Source: Minisyncoccota bacterium
GTDB lineage: Bacteria; Patescibacteriota; Microgenomatia; UBA1400; PJMF01
Assembly: GCA_003173865.1 (NCBI GenBank)
Contig: PJMF01000012.1
Location: 8,908 to 72,907 of the forward strand
Direction: 5' to 3'
Length of the DNA: 64,000 nucleotides
The notes below the pieces were generated by a model. The model was given only the letters and a program-made list of their open reading frames with translations. It was not told the DNA's origin and ran no database searches. The stretch's first letter is position 1. Every line of letters begins with the position of its first letter. This document shows positions 57,374 through 64,000 of this stretch, one piece after another. Position numbers and translations under genes: made by a program.

Positions 57374-57661
57374 ATGGAACCTACAATGGATTACAGATTA
57401 AAATTTACGGAAAATGCTTTTAGGCAAGACGACGATTCTGAGTTTTTTGTGATGAGTGCAGCCGTTGAACTCCTACTAGAAGCTCGAAGTGCTCAAGAAG
57501 AAGCATTGTATTGGGAAGCTTTATGTGATTTATTTCCAGCAGCTTATGAAATTATCCGTAAAGAAATCCTTTTTCACGAGTTTACTTCACGAGATTTCAC
57601 TCAGACAGAGCGAAAAATTAGTGATCGTTATCGGCTCGTATTTGAACATCCTGAAAAATGA
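57374..57661 (+). CDS. Small acidic hypothetical protein (95 aa)
   Basis: Strong RBS AAGGAG right after the terminator; no family recognised. Confidence 0.6.
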   Translation: MEPTMDYRLKFTENAFRQDDDSEFFVMSAAVELLLEARSAQEEALYWEALCDLFPAAYEIIRKEILFHEFTSRDFTQTERKISDRYRLVFEHPEK

Positions 57662-59294
57662 CATCCCTCACCACAATCTGCACATTTGTCTTGCCTTTCC
57701 ACTCATTGAGATCAATCTGGCCAGCAATTGAAACTTGTTGGCCAGGTTTAAGATTTTGAGCAAGCGCGCCTAAACCCCATCCAATACAGGAAACTTCGCG
57801 ACGCGAGTCATCCGCTTCACCTTGCAACTCCACTCTTAAGCGAAGATGTTTTGCTTTGCGCCCCATCGGCACAGCTTGGCGGATGATTGCCTGCGCGATG
57901 CCAAACACAGGTTCGCTGTTTTTTTGACCAAACGGCGCAAATTCTTGAATCGAATAAAAAGCATCGAGAGTAATCAATTCAGGAGCAATCATGCACTCGA
58001 CACTCACTCTCGGCTTGAGAAGTTCTACATCAATTTGTTCGCGCGCGATCGTGCGCAGCCTTGTTTTCACGAGCTCTACCTTGGCAGACAGTACACCAAA
58101 ACCTGCTGCCATTGGATGCCCACCAACTTCCAACAAATCATCTTTAACTAAACGCAGTAACTCCGTAATATTAATGCCGCCTACTGAACGAGCCGAAGCT
58201 TTGGATGTTTCGACCCCAAGCGAAATCGCAATTGCCGGTTTGTGAAACTGCTCCGCCAACTTTCCAGCAAGCAAACCAATCACTCCTTCGTGATATTCAG
58301 TCGAAACAACAATAATAATATGTTCGTTTTCCCACTCAGCGGCGTTGACCAATGCATGATCAATCATTTCATTCGTGAGGTCCTGGCGAGAAGCGTTCGT
58401 GTCATTTAGTTCATTAACGAGCGCATCTGCTTTTTCCAGATTTTTGGTGCAAAGCAAGCGCAGGGCATCCATGCCATGTTTAATTCGGCCCATCGCATTA
58501 ATTCGCGGCGCAATTGCATAATTGACTGAGTTAACACTTACTTGAGGAGTCTCAATATTGGCCTTTGCCAAGAGCAATTGAAGACCAACGCGCTGCGTTT
58601 CACGCAGCGCTGCCAAACCAAAACGCACAAACGAACGACTCACTCCCAGCATCTGCATCTGGTCGGCAATCGTAGCAATCGCAGTGAGATCGAGAGATGC
58701 CGCCGCCGCCTCTTCACTTAACTCTCGAGCTAGAAACCAAGCAACCGTCGAACCACACAACTGTGTCGAGTGCACAACCGCTAAAGCTTCCGGAAATGAG
58801 TTCTCACTTTCAGGCTGATGATGATCAGTCAAAATTGCGTCAATGCCTAATTTTTTTAGCTCAGCAAAAGCAGTGTGAGCTACGACACCGTTGTCCACCG
58901 TAATTAATAAATCTGGCTTTTTTTCTTCAAGCACCGCTTTGAGCGAGCGCAGTGACAAACCATATCCATGTTTTTCCCGACTAGGAATAAACGGGCGCGC
59001 AATAACTCCAAATTGCTTCAATCCTTCCCACAAAATAGCAGTCGCACAAATTCCATCTGCGTCGTAATCACCAAAAATGAGCACGTCTTCTTTGTTTTTT
59101 TTTGCCTGCTGCAGCCGCTGAATAGCTTTTTTCATTTGATCTGGATCTAAGCCAACCTGCTCCAAACTCAACTTCAGAGGATCAATCGGATCAAAAAAAA
59201 TTTCTTGATTCTCTATCTGGCGATTTTCTAGCAAAATGGCTTTAAGTTCATCAAGAGTTTGGGCAATTTGAGATGATTTAATTTTCCATTCCAT
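57618..59294 (-). CDS. recJ: ssDNA-specific exonuclease RecJ
   Basis: GDYDADG, ITVDNG, TDHH, TIAD, PRINAMGR, SARS and GGH.MAAG motifs. Confidence 0.97.
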   Translation of the reverse strand: MEWKIKSSQIAQTLDELKAILLENRQIENQEIFFDPIDPLKLSLEQVGLDPDQMKKAIQRLQQAKKNKEDVLIFGDYDADGICATAILWEGLKQFGVIARPFIPSREKHGYGLSLRSLKAVLEEKKPDLLITVDNGVVAHTAFAELKKLGIDAILTDHHQPESENSFPEALAVVHSTQLCGSTVAWFLARELSEEAAAASLDLTAIATIADQMQMLGVSRSFVRFGLAALRETQRVGLQLLLAKANIETPQVSVNSVNYAIAPRINAMGRIKHGMDALRLLCTKNLEKADALVNELNDTNASRQDLTNEMIDHALVNAAEWENEHIIIVVSTEYHEGVIGLLAGKLAEQFHKPAIAISLGVETSKASARSVGGINITELLRLVKDDLLEVGGHPMAAGFGVLSAKVELVKTRLRTIAREQIDVELLKPRVSVECMIAPELITLDAFYSIQEFAPFGQKNSEPVFGIAQAIIRQAVPMGRKAKHLRLRVELQGEADDSRREVSCIGWGLGALAQNLKPGQQVSIAGQIDLNEWKGKTNVQIVVRDVIFQDVQIRADNDH

Positions 59295-59413
59295 AATAAC
59301 TCCGTGTAGGGACAAGAGTATCTTATTTCCCATCTAAAAAAGCAATTAGGTTTTTGTTACGGATTCTTCTTTTCTCCGCTTTCTTCCCTTCAACTTTTCC
59401 TTATAATGACGTC

Positions 59414-60919
59414 ATGGACAAAGATCTGCGCATCAGCCAAGAAGCACTCTTTATTTTAGACACTTTAAAAAAAGCTGGATTTGACGCCTACATCGTTGGT
59501 GGAGCTGTCCGTGATTTGGTACGAGGTTTATCAACTGCCGACTATGACTTCACGACAAACGCTACTCCAGAGCAATTGCTGGCGCTTTTCCCAGAAAGTT
59601 TTTACGAAAATACTTTTGGCACCGTGAGCATTGCTCCAAAACATTTGCGCGAGATGATGGGCTTACCACCTCTTGAGGAAAAAAGCCCTTCAGAAACTCC
59701 GCCAAAAACAATCGATCTTTCTTCCGCCAGCAAAGTGCATGAATCTTTGCAGCTCCCCACGTTTTCAACTCCTGAAATGTACAACGACTCTAACTTTGAG
59801 ATTACTACCTATCGTTCAGAGGGAAAGTATGAAGATCATCGTCGCCCAACCGAGATTACTTGGGGAAAAAGTATCGAAGAAGATTTGAGTCGTCGTGATT
59901 TTACGATGAATGCCATGGCTCTTACTCTCGACGATCAAGATAATCCTCATATTTTGGATCCATATCACGGCCAAAAAGATCTTGAGCATCACTTCATTAG
60001 AACAGTTGGCGATCCAGCCGAACGCTTTGCTGAAGATGCATTGCGTATGTTACGTGCTGTTCGTTTTTCTGTACAACTCAACATGCAGATGACAGATGAA
60101 ATTTTTGCGGCCATTTCTGAACTCGCAGCTGACATCACGCACGTGAGTTGGGAGAGAATTCGCGATGAGTTTTTTAAGATGCTCAAAAGCGAATATCCTG
60201 CTGAAGCTATCGAACTTCTCGAAGAGACCGGTTTGCTTCATTATATTTTGCCAGAGCTGCGTGAAGGACAAGGAGTTGATCAGGCAGGACATCACACTAC
60301 TGACGTCTGGACGCACAGTCTCGATGCACTGCGGAACTGCCCTTCACCCGATCCGATTGTCCGTTTTGCCACGCTTCTGCATGATATTGCCAAACCGCGT
60401 ACTTTTCGGATTGATGATGCAGGCAAAATTACGTTTTATAACCATGAAATTATTGGCGCCCGGATTGCCAAGCAAATCGCGCAACGTTTTCGCTTGTCTA
60501 AACGTGATGTCGATCGCATCTTTGCACTTGTGAGGTATCACATGTTTTATTACCAACCTCACAACACCGATGCCGCCATTCGCCGCTTCATGCGCAAAGT
60601 GGGTCTGGAAAATGTGAACGACATTCTCGATCTGCGTGAAGGAGATCGTTTAGGCAGTGGCGCACGCAAAACGAGCTGGCGTCTCGAAGAAATGAAACAG
60701 CGGATGATCGAGCAACTTCATCAACCTTTTGCAGTGACTGATCTCGCGATTGATGGTAATGACTTAATGGAAACATATGGATTAAAACCGGGCCCGCAGA
60801 TTGGTCAAATTCTACAAACCCTTTTTGAAAAAGTACTCGATCAACCAGAGCTCAATGAGCGCGAAACGTTACTTGATGAAGCAAAAAAAGTATTAAACGA
60901 ACATCCTGATGCAGATTAA
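59414..60919 (+). CDS. cca: CCA tRNA nucleotidyltransferase with HD domain
   Basis: VGGAVRD, DYDFTT, EITTYR, DLSRRDFTMNA, EDALRMLRAVRF, ERI.DE and LLHDIAK motifs. Confidence 0.93.
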   Translation: MDKDLRISQEALFILDTLKKAGFDAYIVGGAVRDLVRGLSTADYDFTTNATPEQLLALFPESFYENTFGTVSIAPKHLREMMGLPPLEEKSPSETPPKTIDLSSASKVHESLQLPTFSTPEMYNDSNFEITTYRSEGKYEDHRRPTEITWGKSIEEDLSRRDFTMNAMALTLDDQDNPHILDPYHGQKDLEHHFIRTVGDPAERFAEDALRMLRAVRFSVQLNMQMTDEIFAAISELAADITHVSWERIRDEFFKMLKSEYPAEAIELLEETGLLHYILPELREGQGVDQAGHHTTDVWTHSLDALRNCPSPDPIVRFATLLHDIAKPRTFRIDDAGKITFYNHEIIGARIAKQIAQRFRLSKRDVDRIFALVRYHMFYYQPHNTDAAIRRFMRKVGLENVNDILDLREGDRLGSGARKTSWRLEEMKQRMIEQLHQPFAVTDLAIDGNDLMETYGLKPGPQIGQILQTLFEKVLDQPELNERETLLDEAKKVLNEHPDAD

Positions 60920-61463
60920 ACCTTGGCAAGTTCTTAGCTCACGTGTTATTCACGAGACACCGTGGATTCAAGTTACCGAAGACGAGTGCCGATCAAGTGA
61001 TGGGAAAATTTTTACCTATACATATGTCAAACGCAAAGACGCTGGGCCAGTGATTATTGCGGAAGAAAACGATGGCAAAATTTGGTTAGTGCAGCAGTAT
61101 CGCCATCCTGTGCGACAAATTCTTTGGCAACTGCCTGCCGAAGGTAAAATGGAGGGAGAAAGTTGGGCAGATGCCGCGCAGCGCGGCATCGAAGAAGAAA
61201 TAGGCAAAACTGCTCATTCACTCGAAGATCTGGGTACTCTAGCAGTAGACCCTGGTGGATTAAATCAAGTTACGCACGTATTTCTGGCACGCGAGTTCCA
61301 CTCGATCCAAATTGAAAAATACCATCACGATGAAAACGAAGTTGAACATCTCAATATCGCTGCGTTTTCTCCTCAGGAAATTCGCGAAATGATGTTAGAT
61401 GGCAGAATTGCTGATAACTGGACGCTGGCCGCGTTGCATCTTTACGACTTGAAAAGAAGCTAA
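60909..61463 (+). CDS. NUDIX hydrolase (ADP-ribose pyrophosphatase-like)
   Basis: LVQQYRHP motif and a degenerate Nudix box, LPAEG...GES...AAQRGIEEEIG. Confidence 0.85.
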   Translation: MQIKPWQVLSSRVIHETPWIQVTEDECRSSDGKIFTYTYVKRKDAGPVIIAEENDGKIWLVQQYRHPVRQILWQLPAEGKMEGESWADAAQRGIEEEIGKTAHSLEDLGTLAVDPGGLNQVTHVFLAREFHSIQIEKYHHDENEVEHLNIAAFSPQEIREMMLDGRIADNWTLAALHLYDLKRS

Positions 61464-61468
61464 TCAAG

Positions 61469-62380
61469 TCACTTTCTGTTTCTTTTTTTTAGCCAAGCAC
61501 GTACATCATCCCACAGCAAAAGCAGCGGTGCAGCAGTGAATGTCGACGAGTACGTTCCAGTGATTGCACCAACTAATAAAGCCACTGCAAACCAGCGAAT
61601 CGTTTCACCACCCAAAAGCACCAAAGTGGAGAGCATGATAATAATCGTCATTGAGTTATTAATCGATCGGCCTAACGTCTGCAGCACAGCACTATTCACG
61701 ATATCAACGAATGGTACATTGGAATGTTTTTTTACTGTTTCACGCACTCGATCGAAAACAATAATGGTGTCGTGGACAGAAAAAGATAAGATCGTCAAAA
61801 GAGCCGTCACGAACAACACATCGACTTCTACATTCCAAATTTTTCCCAACACCGCAAACACACTAATGACGATCCCTGCATCGTGACACATTGCTAATAC
61901 AGCCGCGACACCGTACTTCAAGTCATGAAATTGATTCCAGATATAAAGAATAATAATCATCACCACAACCGCACCCGCAACGAGCGTTTTTTGTAGTAAT
62001 TCCCGGCCAAGTAAAGGTCCAACTGTTTGGAACTGTAACTCTTTCACTTGCCCAATGCCTTTTTGCAAATTAGCCATGATGGTGTTTTTTTGTTCATTGG
62101 TAATCGGTTTTCCGCGTAAAGTTACTTGATCACTGGCGTTGTGTTGAACTGACACCAGTTCGTAGCTTGGACCAACTACTTTTTGCAAGTCTGACTGAGA
62201 CAAGCTGTTTTGTTGGGTGTTTTTTTCGATTTTAATTTCCAACATTGAGCCACCAGTAAAATCAATGGACGGCTTCAAACCGAAAAGCGCCAAACACATA
62301 AATCCCGGCAACAAAAAACACAGCGAAAAAACAAAGTAGAGATAGCGAAAACGCATAAAGTTCATAACTGCCTCACTCAC
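61469..62380 (-). CDS. secF: Protein translocase subunit SecF
   Basis: IDFTGG, VGP..G.EL, HD, FSVHDTIIVFDRVRE, RSIN.S and GTYSS motifs. Confidence 0.96.
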   Translation of the reverse strand: MSEAVMNFMRFRYLYFVFSLCFLLPGFMCLALFGLKPSIDFTGGSMLEIKIEKNTQQNSLSQSDLQKVVGPSYELVSVQHNASDQVTLRGKPITNEQKNTIMANLQKGIGQVKELQFQTVGPLLGRELLQKTLVAGAVVVMIIILYIWNQFHDLKYGVAAVLAMCHDAGIVISVFAVLGKIWNVEVDVLFVTALLTILSFSVHDTIIVFDRVRETVKKHSNVPFVDIVNSAVLQTLGRSINNSMTIIIMLSTLVLLGGETIRWFAVALLVGAITGTYSSTFTAAPLLLLWDDVRAWLKKRNRK

Positions 62381-63707
62381 CTTTCAAAAACAACTTCATC
62401 AGTGTTCGTGTCACGACCATACTGGTAAATAAACTAATGAGCACACCAATCAAGAGTGTTAAACCAAAACCACGGACCAAACCACTCGTATTAAGAAAAC
62501 TAAAATCAAGAGGATTAATTAACACCAATGAAATCAAAATAGTTGTCATGTTTGCGTCTTTGATGCTATTCCAGGCTCGTTGAAAACCAAGCTGCATCGC
62601 TTGCGTAAAACCTTTCCCCGCTCTTAATTCTTCCTTCATTCGCTCAAAAATTAAAATATTCGCGTCAACAGCCATACCAATCGTCAAAAGAAGACCAGCG
62701 ACGCCTGGTAAAGTTAACGTGACTCCCATCAATTTATAAATCGCCACGGTATAAATTGCGTAAAATACCAAGCTAATACTTGCCAGTAAACCTTTCCATC
62801 CATAGTTCGCAATCATAAAGAAAATAATAAATCCAAGACCAATCAGACCTGCGCGCAAACTTTGTTGTACTGATTCTTGACCCAAGCTTGCACCAATCGT
62901 CTGCTGCTCTAAAACCTCAATTGGTACTGGCAGCGCCCCTGCATTCAACTGAATACTCAGCTGCTTTGCTTGATCAAGTGTAAAACCACCCGTAATCACT
63001 GCCTGTCCATCAACAATTGCCGTATTAATTTTCGGCAGCATGACTGGGAAGTTATCTAAAAAGATTCCCAGAACTCGACCAATATTTCGCTGGGTAATGT
63101 CAGCAAACATTTGCCGCCCTTGATCATTGAACTCCATTGAAACTTCTGGCTGACCTGTCTTCGGATCAAAAGTCACTGCCGAACGCTTTAATTGTTTTCC
63201 TGTCAAGCCCGTCTCTTTGAATTGATTGAAAAAAGCAGTCGCAGAAACCGTTGCTTCTGCAGATGGTGAGGCATCTTGTAAACGGAAGTCGAGTAATGCG
63301 GTGGTCCCCAGCAACTGGAGCGCTTGTGAAGTGTCCTTAATTCCAGCCAGCTCAACTAAGATGCGATACTCGTCACCCGTTTGGGCTGTTTGCACCACTG
63401 GTTCACTGACTCCAAATAAGTCCACACGTCGCTGCACCACATCTTTGGCTGACTCAAGTGCTTGTTGACGATCACTTTGCGGAATATCTTTCATGTCCGC
63501 TTTGAGCACAACCTCCATGCCACCTTGAATATCGAGACCTTCTTTCAGATCGATGTCATTCGTGAGCTGCTTCCCTAATAAATTAAATTGAAAATTGGGG
63601 CGACGGAACGTGAGCTTTCCAACTGAAAACTCTTTCGGTAAGGCTAATAAGACGGCAAAAACCGTACTAATCAAAATTAAAAAAAACACTCTCAACGTCT
63701 GTCTCAT
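62373..63707 (-). CDS. secD: Protein translocase subunit SecD
   Basis: GLDIQGG, RRVD.FGVSEP, AGALPVP, IGASLG and GMAVDANILIFER.KEE motifs. Confidence 0.97.
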   Translation of the reverse strand: MRQTLRVFFLILISTVFAVLLALPKEFSVGKLTFRRPNFQFNLLGKQLTNDIDLKEGLDIQGGMEVVLKADMKDIPQSDRQQALESAKDVVQRRVDLFGVSEPVVQTAQTGDEYRILVELAGIKDTSQALQLLGTTALLDFRLQDASPSAEATVSATAFFNQFKETGLTGKQLKRSAVTFDPKTGQPEVSMEFNDQGRQMFADITQRNIGRVLGIFLDNFPVMLPKINTAIVDGQAVITGGFTLDQAKQLSIQLNAGALPVPIEVLEQQTIGASLGQESVQQSLRAGLIGLGFIIFFMIANYGWKGLLASISLVFYAIYTVAIYKLMGVTLTLPGVAGLLLTIGMAVDANILIFERMKEELRAGKGFTQAMQLGFQRAWNSIKDANMTTILISLVLINPLDFSFLNTSGLVRGFGLTLLIGVLISLFTSMVVTRTLMKLFLKGE

Positions 63708-63715
63708 GAGATTTC

Positions 63716-64000
63716 CTATACTCCAATGTTCGGGGCTTTCCGCTCGACTAAGTCTTCTTCATTACCGACGATCATAATGCGCGTCCCATAAAGCACTTCC
63801 ATTAAAAACGGGTCGCGACGTTGTTTACGAAACTCAAACTCTTCGTCACCTAAAACGGTGTAGTTAATTTCTCGGCCTCGCTTTTGCTCTTCTTCCTTCA
63901 TGATTGCTTCGAGCTCAGCTAAAACAATGTCTCCCACAATCAATACGTCTACCTCACTGCGATGAGATTGATCAGTCCGAACGAATTTACCAGTAAACAT
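63716..64000 (-). CDS. Nucleotidyltransferase-like (MNT-type) domain protein, C-terminal part (5' end outside the window)
   Basis: TGKF...SEVDVLIVG and GREINYTV...EF motifs. Confidence 0.6.
   Translation of the reverse strand: MFTGKFVRTDQSHRSEVDVLIVGDIVLAELEAIMKEEEQKRGREINYTVLGDEEFEFRKQRRDPFLMEVLYGTRIMIVGNEEDLVERKAPNIGV

Noticed and set aside
22694-57661. Convergent 3' overlaps (gpmI/gnd, pgl/kinase, M20/GATase, 95-aa ORF/recJ)
   Set aside because: Short tail-to-tail overlaps are ordinary in compact genomes, and nothing points to a dedicated antisense function.
1-64000. CRISPR arrays, IS elements, rRNA, alternative genetic code
   Set aside because: No regularly spaced repeats, transposases or rRNA-like sequence were seen. 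TGA terminates several conserved genes at their expected ends.

Overview
This 64-kb window looks like chromosome from a small-genome bacterium, most likely Patescibacteria/CPR of the Microgenomates type. That assignment is inferred from the GT-C-rich glycosylation cluster, short AspRS, alpha2-type GlyRS, short glucan phosphorylase and many apparently leaderless genes. TGA is used as a stop, so the code is 11. In order, the window holds: a GDP-sugar/polyprenol-linked glycosylation operon (1-8.4 kb); tRNA-Gln followed by accessory genes; an RnfD/NqrB-like-reductase plus FMN-binding pair; glgP-eno-gpmI and the oxidative pentose phosphate genes; a two-component system; a class I RNR (ATP cone on the beta subunit) under a cobalamin riboswitch; housekeeping genes (rdgB, ybaB, dnaX, ybeY, gltX, aspS, glyQS, recJ, cca, secDF); and nadC with a 5'-truncated nadA. 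The strongest unexplained signals are regulatory RNAs and one gene island. (i) Two miniature T-box riboswitches precede glyQS (translational type) and aspS (transcriptional type); in both, the specifier codon sits in an identically arranged 8-nt terminal loop of an ultrashort stem I. (ii) A 48.4-57.7 kb island carries three leader-peptide attenuators (Leu/Ile-rich, Phe-rich, weakly Val/Ile) that control genes of unknown function. Two of those proteins share a motif series reminiscent of class-Ic aaRS/CDPS folds. The attenuated genes flank a glutamate-ligase / N-acylamino-acid racemase / glutamine-amidotransferase operon and an M20 hydrolase, which suggests an undescribed amino-acid scavenging system. 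All calls come from reading the sequence by eye; no searches were run.
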